A DNA stretch of 63,694 nucleotides, filler included, from Octopus bimaculoides (lineage: Eukaryota), in assembly GCF_001194135.2 (NCBI RefSeq). It is 6 parts of 6 records of this genome, joined end to end, with 100 filler letters (N's around TTAATTAATTAA, not from the genome) between each part and the next. Parts side by side here need not be neighbours in the genome. Positions count along the whole stretch, not along the records: positions 1 to 4,076 come from NC_068983.1; positions 4,177 to 14,774 come from NC_068988.1; 4 more parts are not named here. One strand, written 5' to 3'. The first letter of the stretch is position 1. Each line of letters opens with the position of its first letter. A program made the translations under genes and the position numbers. Below are positions 1 to 11,039 of this stretch, in pieces. The notes under the pieces were generated by a model. The model did not search any database, had not been told where the DNA came from, and worked only from the letters and a program-made list of their open reading frames with translations.

Positions 1-49
<49 letters not shown>

Positions 50-84
50 TATATATACACACATATATATATATATATATACAT

Positions 85-1030
85 ATGTCAGCCAGTCTGA
101 CCAGTTATGCTGATGACACAAAAGTATCGCAGGCAGTGAAGAACCCAGAGGACATCATAAAACTGCAGAAAGACCTGAATGAAATTTACAAATGAGCTAA
201 CAAAAATAACATGGAGTTCAATGCTATGAAATTTCAGGCACTCCGCTATTGGTCCAGCATCAGGCTAAAATTGGAATACACTGGACCAGAAGGTAATATG
301 ATCCCAGGGTCAGAGTCAGTGCATGACCTGGGGGTTTCACATGAGCAATGATGTAACATTCCATTTGCATATTACCAATATGGCAACACTGTGCAGGCGA
401 GTGGCTGGCTGGATTCTGAGGACATTCAGAACTAGGAAATGGGAATCCCTGCTATGCCTATGGAAGACTTTTGTTCTCAGCCACTTGGACTACTGCTCCC
501 AACTATGGTCCCCAGAGAGTGTGAAACAAACTGTGGAACTTGAAGAAATCCAGCACCAATACACAAAGAAGATTGACTTGATGCAAAAGATGGGCTACAG
601 AGAGAGGCTAAAGGAGCTGAAGATGAAAGAGATATGTTTGGAAGATCGTGGAGGGTTTAGCTCCCAATTTTGGAATTGACAGCTGTACCAATCCTCGAAC
701 TGGATGGCACTGCATCATACCAAAGATCTTCCCCATCTAAAATAAGGACACAGTACTGCAATAGTCTGGGTTTCAAGGGCCCGCAATTGTTCAATTGCCT
801 TCAATTGTTCAATTGCCTCCCAGGCAACCTTAGAGATCAACATGGTGTTGATGTGGAAATTTTCAAGGACCGTCTGGACAGGTTTCTAGATGAGATACCA
901 GATGAACCCACATCGCAGCAGGAGACACAAAGAAGAGCAGCTCCGTCCAACTCACTACTTGAAAAACAACATCAGAAACAACACTGAGTAACTACAGGTG
1001 GTATACCAACATGACCTCAGCCCTGGGCTG
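85..1030 (+). mobile_element. 5'-truncated CR1/L2-group (Jockey superfamily) LINE relic: RT YADD region through C-terminus and 3' UTR
   Basis: Manual translation from 85 gives MSASLTSYADDTKVSQAVKNPEDIIKLQKDLNEIYK*ANKNNMEFN (YADD at 106-117, W-to-stop at 193-195). ORFs 323-679 (TFVLSHLDYCSQLWSP) and 670-987 (SLGFKGPQLFNCL...FKDRLDRFLDEIPDEP) follow. Stops and frameshifts indicate a dead copy. Confidence 0.85.
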
Positions 1031-1541
1031 AAAACAGTAGATGATAAAAGATATATACATACATATATATATATATNNNNNNNNNNNNNNNNNNNNNNNN
1101 NNNNNNNNNNNNNNNNNNNNNNNNNNNNNNNNNNNNNNNNNNNNNNNNNNNNNNNNNNNNNNNNNNNNNNNNNNNNNNNNNNNNNNNNNNNNNNNNNNNN
1201 NNNNNNNNNNNNNNNNNNNNNNNNNNNNNNNNNNNNNNNNNNNNNNNNNNNNNNNNNNNNNNNNNNNNNNNNNNNNNNNNNNNNNNNNNNNNNNNNNNNN
1301 NNNNNNNNNNNNNNNNNNNNNNNNNNNNNNNNNNNNNNNNNNNNNNNNNNNNNNNNNNNNNNNNNNNNNNNNNNNNNNNNNNNNNNNNNNNNNNNNNNNN
1401 NNNNNNNNNNNNNNNNNNNNNNNNNNNNNNNNNNNNNNNNNNNNNNNNNNNNNNNNNNNNNNNNNNNNNNNNNNNNNNNNNNNNNNNNNNNNNNNNNNNN
1501 NNNNNNNNNNNNNNNNNNNNNNNNNNNNNNNNNNNNNNNNN

Positions 1542-1597
<56 letters not shown>

Positions 1598-1708
1598 ATC
1601 TATATATATATACATTTACATATATACATATATGCATATACATTTACATATATACATGCATACATATATATATATGCATAATTATATATATTCATAAATA
1701 TATATACA

Positions 1709-2403
1709 CTCAGCGTTGCTCGGGATTAAAGTGGCATAGTTTGTATACAATATATCACAGTTATGTCGAAACAGATGATATGGGAAAGTGCAGCATTGAC
1801 AACAAAACATTTATGGAGTAAATGATGGGCTAATTTGACTAAGCAACATGCTATGCGTCTCTTTGGAGTATTTCAGGCCCTAACCTGTGGGGGTTATGTG
1901 ATTTTTGATCGCACCGAGAAGCTGTCAGTGGATATACTCTCTTTTGCAGCAGTTGGCGCTGTGTGTAACACAACCCATCATCTGAAATGTTGACACCTCC
2001 TTCGGGCTTGGTGTCCTACATCACTCATAAAGTAAATTTGGAGGAACTTTGGTTGTTCATTTATGGGTAACAAGGAACCAATGAGGTGATAGACTTGTCC
2101 TTGAACTTTGACGTCGTCATAAATTCATGTTTATCTATCTTCTTAGATGCACCAAACGATGTCATTTGCAGAGTTGTATTGTCTGATATTGTTCAGAAAA
2201 TCCTTTGACTGGATGGAAGTGCCTTCTAGAAGATCCATAAGAGGTTGCGAAGGAGCTAGTAGTACTGGTAATGTTACCTGACTGCCAGAGCAGCACATAC
2301 CATTTGTTTCATTTGAAAATTTTAAAGCTCTACAGAAAAGATAATTTGTTTAGCACACCAATTTGGACAGAGTCATTATTTTTATAAGAATGGGATGGAT
2401 CAT
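1709..2403 (-). mobile_element. Helitron RepHel N-terminal fragment (decayed, probably internally deleted)
   Basis: The minus strand from 2340 reads LFCRALKFSNETNGMCCSGSQVTLPVLLAPSQPLMDLLEGTSIQSKDFLNNIRQYNSA, then after frameshifts MTSFGA and GQVYHLIGSLLPINEQPKFLQIYF (2100 downward). These are conserved motifs of the animal Helitron RepHel N-terminal region. The left boundary is tentative. Confidence 0.8.
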
Positions 2404-3359
2404 NNNNNNNNNNNNNNNNNNNNNNNNNNNNNNNNNNNNNNNNNNNNNNNNNNNNNNNNNNNNNNNNNNNNNNNNNNNNNNNNNNNNNNNNNNNNNNNNN
2501 NNNNNNNNNNNNNNNNNNNNNNNNNNNNNNNNNNNNNNNNNNNNNNNNNNNNNNNNNNNNNNNNNNNNNNNNNNNNNNNNNNNNNNNNNNNNNNNNNNNN
2601 NNNNNNNNNNNNNNNNNNNNNNNNNNNNNNNNNNNNNNNNNNNNNNNNNNNNNNNNNNNNNNNNNNNNNNNNNNNNNNNNNNNNNNNNNNNNNNNNNNNN
2701 NNNNNNNNNNNNNNNNNNNNNNNNNNNNNNNNNNNNNNNNNNNNNNNNNNNNNNNNNNNNNNNNNNNNNNNNNNNNNNNNNNNNNNNNNNNNNNNNNNNN
2801 NNNNNNNNNNNNNNNNNNNNNNNNNNNNNNNNNNNNNNNNNNNNNNNNNNNNNNNNNNNNNNNNNNNNNNNNNNNNNNNNNNNNNNNNNNNNNNNNNNNN
2901 NNNNNNNNNNNNNNNNNNNNNNNNNNNNNNNNNNNNNNNNNNNNNNNNNNNNNNNNNNNNNNNNNNNNNNNNNNNNNNNNNNNNNNNNNNNNNNNNNNNN
3001 NNNNNNNNNNNNNNNNNNNNNNNNNNNNNNNNNNNNNNNNNNNNNNNNNNNNNNNNNNNNNNNNNNNNNNNNNNNNNNNNNNNNNNNNNNNNNNNNNNNN
3101 NNNNNNNNNNNNNNNNNNNNNNNNNNNNNNNNNNNNNNNNNNNNNNNNNNNNNNNNNNNNNNNNNNNNNNNNNNNNNNNNNNNNNNNNNNNNNNNNNNNN
3201 NNNNNNNNNNNNNNNNNNNNNNNNNNNNNNNNNNNNNNNNNNNNNNNNNNNNNNNNNNNNNNNNNNNNNNNNNNNNNNNNNNNNNNNNNNNNNNNNNNNN
3301 NNNNNNNNNNNNNNNNNNNNNNNNNNNNNNNNNNNNNNNNNNNNNNNNNNNNNNNNNNN

Positions 3360-3418
<59 letters not shown>

Positions 3419-4177
3419 CGTGCATGCTTGCGTGTGTATGGGAGAGAACGAAAGAGGGTGAGAAAGAGAGATAGAGTGAGTGAGTGAAGGTGTGTCATGA
3501 TGATTGGCGTCTTTTGAGGGACACACACATATAGAAAATGTGACATAATAGTATAAACTTTTTACGTTAGTTGATTTAGGGAAAGATTATGTTAAACTTT
3601 TTGAAATGCAAATATGTGAATGAAAATTAAGTTTAATTTGTAGCCAAAATAGTACTGAATCTTTTGATACCCCATACGTCAAAATCTGTAACTCGGTTTT
3701 GGAAAGTATAAGGAATATATAATATCAAAGATGAGGCAAACCTGTACATGGTAGCTAGACTTGATTGAAATAGCAGCCAAATCTCCCTCAAAACACCCTA
3801 CTGTCTTAATCCGACAATTCTGCCTATTACGTAGCTTGAATGAAAAACTAACTAAAGATTAAGATTATTAACCCCACAGAGAGAGGAAAGAAGAGAGACA
3901 GCATAGCGACGGTTTTGGCTGACTGTCATTTTGTACTTCCCTTGTTGCTAGCGAAATGGCATGAGCCGCTGTCTGAGCAACTGGTTGTTTTAATGGCGGA
4001 ACAGGATATAAAGATTACAAAAATAGCGATTCTTACTTTGAAACTAACGATTTTGAAAATCTTTTTAGCTTACGGANNNNNNNNNNNNNNNNNNNNNNNN
4101 NNNNNNNNNNNNNNNNNNNNTTAATTAATTAANNNNNNNNNNNNNNNNNNNNNNNNNNNNNNNNNNNNNNNNNNNNG

Positions 4178-4240
4178 CCGTTTGTCAAACAAATCGACCG
4201 CAAGATTTATTCTTTGTAAGCCTAGTACTTATTCTATCAG
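4178..4240 (-). mobile_element. SINE fragment (family B, 3' body)
   Basis: AAATCGACC...TTATTCTTTGTAAGCCTAGTACTTATTCTATC matches the family B copies at 25308, 28960 and 31300. Confidence 0.7.
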
Positions 4241-4539
4241 AGATCCTTCGTCAATACTCGATACATCGATGTTCTGCATATTTTTGCTGTGGCAGCCAGT
4301 TTTCTGACAGAACGACGAGGATTTCGCTGTATCATGTCTCTGGTACTTTTGATAAGCTGAGCTGTTCGCACACTTCTTTTTCGGCCACTTCCAGGTCGAT
4401 CAGCGGTAGAACCAGTCTCTTGAAATTTCTTGACAATTTTTCAGACTATTGTTCGGTTAATTTTAAACTTCTTTGCTATAGCTGTATTACTTTCGCCTCC
4501 TTTGTGGAGGGTTATGATTGTATTTTGGTCTATAGCCAT
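4241..4539 (-). mobile_element. Tc1/mariner-superfamily transposase N-terminal DNA-binding region (pseudogene)
   Basis: From the ATG at 4539: MAIDQNTIITLHKGGESNTAIAKKFKINRTIV*KIVKKFQETGSTADRPGSGRKRSVRTAQLIKSTRDMIQRNPRRSVRKLAATAKICRTSMYRVL. This is a paired-type HTH with the GRPR-like linker (RPGSGRKR); there is an in-frame stop at 4441-4443. Confidence 0.85.
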
Positions 4540-4743
4540 TATTTAATTTATAAATCTGAATTTATTCAGTTTAAAACAAAAAAAAGACACACTAAGCTTT
4601 TATAACGTTGTATATGTTTGGAGCTTTAATAAATATCAATAAATGTGATAAGATACGAAAATTATGCATTATAAAATCTTAGTGTGTCTTCTTTTGGTTT
4701 CAAACTAAATAAATTCAAATTTATAAATTACATAATGGCTATA
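4531..4743. repeat. Imperfect ~75-bp inverted repeat overlapping the transposase start codon
   Basis: Arm 4531-4605 (TATAGCCATTATTTAATTTATAAATCTGAATTTATTCAG...) is the reverse complement of arm 4669-4743, with scattered mismatches. Confidence 0.85.
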
Positions 4744-4754
4744 TGCTGGCCCTT

Positions 4755-5290
4755 TGGAAATATTTTGGTCACAGCTCCTGAACTACTGCTCTCAGCTGCG
4801 GTTAGCACATCACGTCAAACTAGCTGCAGAGCTTGGAGTGGTTCAACGTCACTACACTAAAAAGAGTATAACAGCGCTGCAGTTGAGCTACAGAAAGAGC
4901 CTGAAAGGACTGCGCCTTTACTCCCTGGAGTGAAGACACAACAGGTATGTAATAATCATCGAATGGAAAATTCTGGAAGAGCTAATACCTATTTTCGGCA
5001 TTGAGTGTTATACAAATGCCAGAACTGGACGCCATGGTATTGTACAATTGGTACTGTCCAGCCCATCTAAAGTCAGCAACTGGTACTGCAAACAGTTTAG
5101 GGTTCAAAGTTCCTCAGCTATTCAATGCCCTTCCAAAGAATTTAAGAACCCTATACAATGTGAACGTGGATGTCTTCAAAAAGGAGTTGGACATTTTACT
5201 CTCCGCTATACGGGATGAACAAACGACCCGACATTGGGTACAGATGAGAACAGCAATATCAACTCCCTCATACACCAAATATTGCATATA
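4755..5290 (+). mobile_element. Second CR1/L2-group LINE 3' fragment
   Basis: LNYCSQL-like coding near 4775-4800 and ORF 5001-5573 (NSLGFKVPQLFNALPKNLRTLYNVNVDVFKKELDILLSAIRDE) are homologous to ORF 670-987. Confidence 0.75.
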
Positions 5291-5333
5291 TACAAATATA
5301 CATATATATGTATGTGTGTGTCTGCGTGCGTGC

Positions 5334-5374
<41 letters not shown>

Positions 5375-5436
5375 NNNNNNNNNNNNNNNNNNNNNNNNNN
5401 NNNNNNNNNNNNNNNNNNNNNNNNNNNNNNNNNNNN

Positions 5437-5507
<71 letters not shown>

Positions 5508-5988
5508 TATTTGCTTGCTTTAAATATTAGTTTGTGTGTGCTGTTAAGTATTAGGTCTTCGCAGGCTGCGTAATGAAACAATGCTAATTGAAGTGTTGAA
5601 TGACAAATATAATGTCATTAGGTTCTAAACTAAAATTGTAGCTGAAAATAGATATAAAAAGGCTATACTAAAATTCTACCGAATTCTCTTTGTCGATGTT
5701 TTTTTGAAAGAAAATCATGTTTCTAAAAAATTTCATGATTTCAACACAAAATAAAGCACGACTTCAAATTAATTAACTGTATGCACATTAAATGAGTTCA
5801 TAATTTTCTACACTTGTTGACCGCGTTAACATGTAAATGATATTCTGTCTTATATGAACATTTATGTGTAGATGTTTCAGTATATTTTGAGCCTTTATGT
5901 CTACTTGTGTTGTGCTTGAACTTGTTTCACTGTGATTGTTGCGTATAAACTTTCGCGAATGAATGCAGCAACACTGCACGCTTTCATG

Positions 5989-6155
5989 CAGCGAGTTGGC
6001 AGAATCGTTAGCGCTTTGGAGAAAATGTCTAGTGGCATTTCTTCTGGGTTTATGTTCTGAGTTCAAACGGCAGGGAAGTTGTCTTTGCCTTTTATCCTTT
6101 CGGGGTCGATGAAATAAATACCAGTCGAGTATTGAGGTCTATGTAATTGACTAGA
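5989..6155 (+). mobile_element. tRNA-derived SINE, family A (GGCGAGCTGGCAGAA head), degenerate
   Basis: Head GCGAGTTGGCAGAATCGTTAGC, B-box-like GTTCTGAGTTCAAA and core CTTTGCCTTTTATCCTTTCGGGGTCGAT are shared with many copies in the window. Confidence 0.8.
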
Positions 6156-6229
6156 TCAAAGGCTTTCAACCCATTTTGGCCAAAGGCACCCTTTTGATCC
6201 TTGGAAATACAAATGGATCCCCTAGAAAG

Positions 6230-6456
6230 TATTGTCCGGAAAGTTCGCGCCAATTTATAGTAGCTTACCTTTCGACTTATTTGCCATGAAACCACCTCAA
6301 TTCTGGGAAGAGGGTATTTTCAAGTTAAAGGAAAGATGGAGACGGATTGTGCAACAAAATGATTCCTATTTGGTTGATTAAAAATGTAATGGCAAGTATT
6401 TATTGACCTCTTTCTTTCTTTTAAAAATCAGCACGAACTTTCCGGACAACCCAATA
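6230..6456 (+). mobile_element. 227-bp internally deleted mariner (MITE-like) with both terminal inverted repeats
   Basis: Left TATTGTCCGGAAAGTTCGCGCCAATTT pairs with right AAAATCAGCACGAACTTTCCGGACAACCCAATA. The interior encodes a mariner C-terminus, FAMKPPQFWEEGIFKLKERWRRIVQQNDSYLVD*. Confidence 0.85.
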
Positions 6457-7182
6457 CTTATTTTGATATCAGCAGATAATGATTAAAAAGTAAGGACGTT
6501 GTTTTACATATGCGCTTGTACGCAGTCGGGAGTACAGTTGTAAAAACTGAAATGAAAAAAAAAAAAATCATATAATGAATTCAAAGTTTGGTAATTGCGT
6601 TTATTTTCACCACGCGACACTTACTAGATTAGCATGTTGTCCATCGAAAGAGTGCTCTTAGGTACAAGCAAACGCCGATGAAATCATTTCAAACCTTTCC
6701 GATTTCCCTTGACATATAAGTTATTGTCATCCGAGAAGAGGATCTTTTATGCTCAAGAGTGTACTTGATAGAAATTGTTGAAATACATATGTACTTCATA
6801 TGAGTAGCAACTTGTGGAAGATGGTATTCACTGTACTTGGATCTAGTCAGTTTGAGTCACAAAATCAGCTCCATTTTAAAATAGCCTTAAAAAAATCTGG
6901 AAATTTGCCATATTAAACATTCATCTCTTATTCAGGATCTAGTTTATTTAATTCACAAAATCTGCATTTATAAAAGGGAGATCTCTTATTATGAATGAGT
7001 TTTATTCCATTATTCTAATACCTTCTGAAACTTATACATATACATGTATAAATGCATACAGAAACATACAAATATATATATATATATTTCGGCATATCTA
7101 CACAATTGTGCTCCAAAAATTTGCTTCTTCATAACCTTGAGAAAAGTAAATATTTCTTTTCTACAAATATGCNNNNNNNNNN

Positions 7183-7225
<43 letters not shown>

Positions 7226-7539
7226 TATACATATATATATACATGTATATACATGTATATACATATATATACATGTATAAATGCATACAGAAACATACAA
7301 ATATATATATATATATTTCGGCATATCTACACAATTGTGCTCCAAAAATTTGCTTCTTCATAACCTTGAGAAAAGTAAATATTTCTTTTCTACAAATATG
7401 CTTCAGATCATGTAGATTACGATTAAATTGGAATTCATTGGGAAAACCGTTTGTCCCTAAAGGAGTTTTACATCATAGTTCCGCCATATCAGAAATTTGG
7501 TACTAGCGGTCAATCATGGCAGCTGGCTGGACAGGTGGT

Positions 7540-9111
7540 TAGACAGGAGAGCAAGGAAAAAGGGGAGATAATAAAGTATTGGTGATCTCAAAACGAAGGT
7601 GCGCGTGCGTGGGTATGTAAGATTGTGTAAGTGTGTGCGTGTGGATAGGGGCTTGTGACTTTGACGTGTGGATGTATGTGTGTGTAAGTGTATGCGTCTG
7701 TAATGTGTGGGTGTGTGGATTATGGTGTGGGGGTTGGGAAGTGGTCAGTGCTAGTGTGTGCGGTGTGGTGTGATATGGTGTGGCGATGTGTGGTGTGGCA
7801 TGATGTGGTGTGGTGTGGGGATGCGAGTGTGGAAATGTGAGGGTGGGATGTGGGTTTGGGGTGAGGATGTGGGAGTAGGGTTGGGTATATGGGAATGGGA
7901 TGTGTAGGGGTAGAGTGTGGATGGAGGGGGTAACGATGAAGGAAGAAGGTAGGTAGGAGGGAAGAGAGGAAGTAGGTGTCACATGAAGAGAAAAGAAGAG
8001 GGGAGTCAAATGAAGAATGGAGGGGAGTTGAGCCCATGTGACGCAAAGAACCGAAGAGAGAAAATTAATTCCTGTTCACGGCGAAGGCGGGAGTCCGGAT
8101 GGCCCCTGTGCAAAGACAATCCAAACACAGACAGGTTCTGTAATGAATGACCGGTAGAGCGGAAATGGCGCGAGACCGGGGTGTCGTTGCCAAATGTAAT
8201 GTCTCCGAGGTGCTCCGCGAACCGGTCAGCCAAGCGGTGTCCCGTTTGACATACAGAGAACAGAAAGAGCAGGAGACGCAGTGAATGACGTTGCTAGAAG
8301 TGCATGTAAAGGAGTCAGTGATATGATAGGGACGATGATGGGTGCCTGTGAGGATGGTGGTGTTGGAGACGTAGGGGCAAGTGCGGTAGCGTGGGCAGGA
8401 GCAGGGAAACGAGCCAGGTTGGGAGGTGGGGTTAGGGAAGACACTGTGGATCAGGAGGTCACGTAGGTTGTGGGCTCGTTTGAATGAGGGTAGGGGTAGG
8501 TTGGGAGAGATGTGGAAGGTGGAGGGGTCGGACTGGAGTCGTCAGAAAACTCGGAGAATGGTACGTTGGAGAGGCAGGGTAGAGGGGTGGTAGGTGAGGG
8601 GAAACGGGAGACGGGTGCGGGGAGTGAGAGCAGAGGCATGGTCCACGGAACGTGCTCTGTCAAGGGCTGTGTTGATAGTGGCGAGGGGATATCCAAGAAT
8701 GATGAAGTGTCGAGCCATGAGTTGAAATTGAGTCTCAAAGTCATGGTTGTCATGATGGAGGAATTGGGAGTAGAGGATGAAGAGCTTAGTGTGGGTAGGT
8801 TGGGAGGAGGAGAAGTTGAGGTATGAGTGAGGGTCGTTGTGTTTGTAGTGGATGTAGGTAGACCGAAATGTCGAGAAAGGCAACGGAAGTGTTGGAATTG
8901 GTGCAGGAGAATTCGAGGGCAGGATGGAAGGATTTGACAAAAGAGAGGAAGGAGTCTAGTTGTTCGCGGGAGAGCGAGGTCGCACCGATACAGTCATCGA
9001 TATGACGACTGTATAGTTCGGGAGTGGAACCAGTGAATTTTGAAAATATTTGGGCCTCAAAGTAGCCAACGAACAGGTTCGCATAGTTGGGGCACATTCT
9101 CGTTCCCAAGG

Positions 9112-9113
<2 letters not shown>
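7540..9113 (-). mobile_element. Penelope-like retroelement, 5'-truncated: RT C-half, thumb, GIY-YIG endonuclease and C/A-rich 3' tail
   Basis: ORF 8786-9166 contains GTRMCPNYANLFVG...RHIDD (HIDD at 8993-9004 in place of YIDD)...FHPALEF...VAFLDISV. ORF 8542-8940 has GYPLATI...LPFPLTYHP. A frameshifted LYV-ETGHRLADRFAEH...PVSRHF...REQELIFSL lies at 8006-8270. Confidence 0.9.

Positions 9114-9158
<45 letters not shown>
9114..9158. repeat. (CTA)n microsatellite at the PLE 5' truncation point
   Basis: Perfect trinucleotide run. Confidence 0.95.
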
Positions 9159-9159
<1 letters not shown>

Positions 9160-9218
9160 TATTCACTCATGTACTGTAAGTAAAAATAATATATAAAACA
9201 GGTTTTCTTTTTAATGTC

Positions 9219-9311
9219 AGAATACGAGGATGACATTGCAAGCAAAAGACCTGAACTGTTTGAACCAGCCGTTCAGCATTCAAACTTTTCATTACCAAGG
9301 AAAATTATATA
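9219..9311 (+). other. Candidate terminal exon (EYEDDIASKRPELFEPAVQHSNFSLPRKII*)
   Basis: Pyrimidine-rich acceptor TTTTCTTTTTAATGTCAG followed by an open, protein-like frame to TAA. No homology recognised. Confidence 0.2.
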
Positions 9312-9574
9312 AAGAAAAAGAAACAAACAACAAAATAGTATTAGTAGCAATTAAATTCTTTATGATTTAGTTGCAAATTCAAACCTATTTGTATTTGTTT
9401 AATTCGTTGGTGACATTTCTCTCTCTAAATATATGTGTGAAAAGTTGATTTTCTCACGATTAAAAGTATATAAGAAATGCTTTACGATAGCAATCTGCCC
9501 GTGAAAAGACGTAATCACAATACAATGTTCACTGAATACTTTCAGTCGACTGGTTTAACTGGTTTCAATTTTTA

Positions 9575-9577
<3 letters not shown>

Positions 9578-9629
<52 letters not shown>

Positions 9630-9908
9630 CATTATTATTATTATTATTATTAAAAGAAGAGTGCCATTTGCTATCTCGTGAACAATATTTCGACATGGCA
9701 CTCTTCTTTTAATTTTGACTCTATATCTTCAGGAGGAGTTACCTCAATCCTTTCTATATTAACCAGAATGAAGTAGATTGACAAATTTATTTTTTGAACC
9801 AGTGGAAGACACGCAAGATGTCGAAATATTGTTCACGAGATAGCAAATGGCACTCTTCTTTTAATTTTGACTCTATATCTTCAGGAGGAGTTACCTCAAT
9901 CCTTTCTA

Positions 9909-9967
<59 letters not shown>

Positions 9968-10016
9968 TATTATTATTATTATTATTGCCATCATCATCAT
10001 CATCATCATCATCATC
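9578..10016. repeat. (ATT)n and (CAT)n microsatellites enclosing a direct plus inverted duplication
   Basis: 9695-9761 is identical to 9847-9913 (67 bp direct); 9649-9696 is the exact reverse complement of 9818-9865 (48 bp). Confidence 0.9.
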
Positions 10017-10796
10017 ATTCAGTGGTCATATTTTGATTGAGATCATTCAGTACAAAACTGAACCCAACTTGTGTCCCTTCGACACTTGCTGTGACTTGCC
10101 TTGATTCTGAGTTTTCTATTGCATAAAAAGCATTAGTAGTGATATTTTCTGTACACGGTATTTTGCTTGTATATAGTTTTAATCGTTCCCTAAACACCTA
10201 TTATTTTAGGAATTATTTCTATTTTCAATCCAGACATTGCTCTTTCTTTTTATTTCTTGATTTTTATGTTTTGATTATTTCTTTTGGGGATACATGAACA
10301 TCTGTTGGGATATATATGTCAATGTGAAGCCCTTCATACAAACATGTAATTAATTAACCTAGTTGTGTTGATTGGCGTATCCCAGGATTCTTTTCCTTGC
10401 TGTTTCTCGAGGAAGAGGGCGTGCCGGTGATCTTTGCAGATATATCTACTAGTAGATATCATCTACTACTGAAAGAAAATTCCAGAGGTACAATGTTTTG
10501 GGGAAGGAAAACTGGGTATAGTGAGTAGTGTGAGGAGGAGCTACGTTGCAACGAGAGTAACGACAGATGGAGAGACGAATAGGTCAGTGGTGTCTTATGA
10601 TGAGGCAGTAAGCCCCGCGTAAATGATCATTATGGTATTGATAGAAACAACAGAGAGAAGATATCACGCCTATGAGCCAGAAGTTGGAGAGTGTCTGTTA
10701 ATGATTTAATGCTAATCAATCAATTGGCCTTTCCTTTGATACAGTCCGGGATGTCTTTGTGTGTAGCAGCAACACCGTCCAAGATCCTAGAGTAAT

Positions 10797-11009
10797 CTTT
10801 TCTACTATAGGCACAAGGCTTGAAATTTGGGGGTAAGAGGCTGAGTCGATTACATCGACCCCAGTGCGTAACTGATACTTAATTTATCGACTCCGAAAGG
10901 ATGAAAGGCAAAGTCAACCCCGGCGGCGTTTGAACTCAGAACGTGAAGACAGTCGAAATACCGCTAAGCGTTTTGCCCGGCGTGCTAACGATTCTGCCAG
11001 CTCGCCGCC
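10797..11009 (-). mobile_element. SINE family A, near full length
   Basis: The reverse complement starts GGCGGCGAGCTGGCAGAATCGTTAGCACGCCGGG, includes GTTCTGAGTTCAAA and ends CCTTGTGCCTATAGTAGAAAAGA. Confidence 0.9.
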
Positions 11010-11039
11010 TTAAGATCTTTCATTGCAGGATTCACTTGA

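Noticed and set aside
4121-4132. TTAATTAATTAA islands inside N runs (also 14819-14830, 27889-27900, 58451-58462, 61729-61740)
   Set aside because: An identical 12-mer with stops in all six frames, embedded in similarly sized N blocks: an artificial scaffolding linker, not biology.
7034-7401. Exact ~140-bp direct duplication on either side of a 10-N gap
   Set aside because: Identical copies abutting a small gap are typical of unmerged contig overlaps. The (CT)n duplication around 23250 looks the same.
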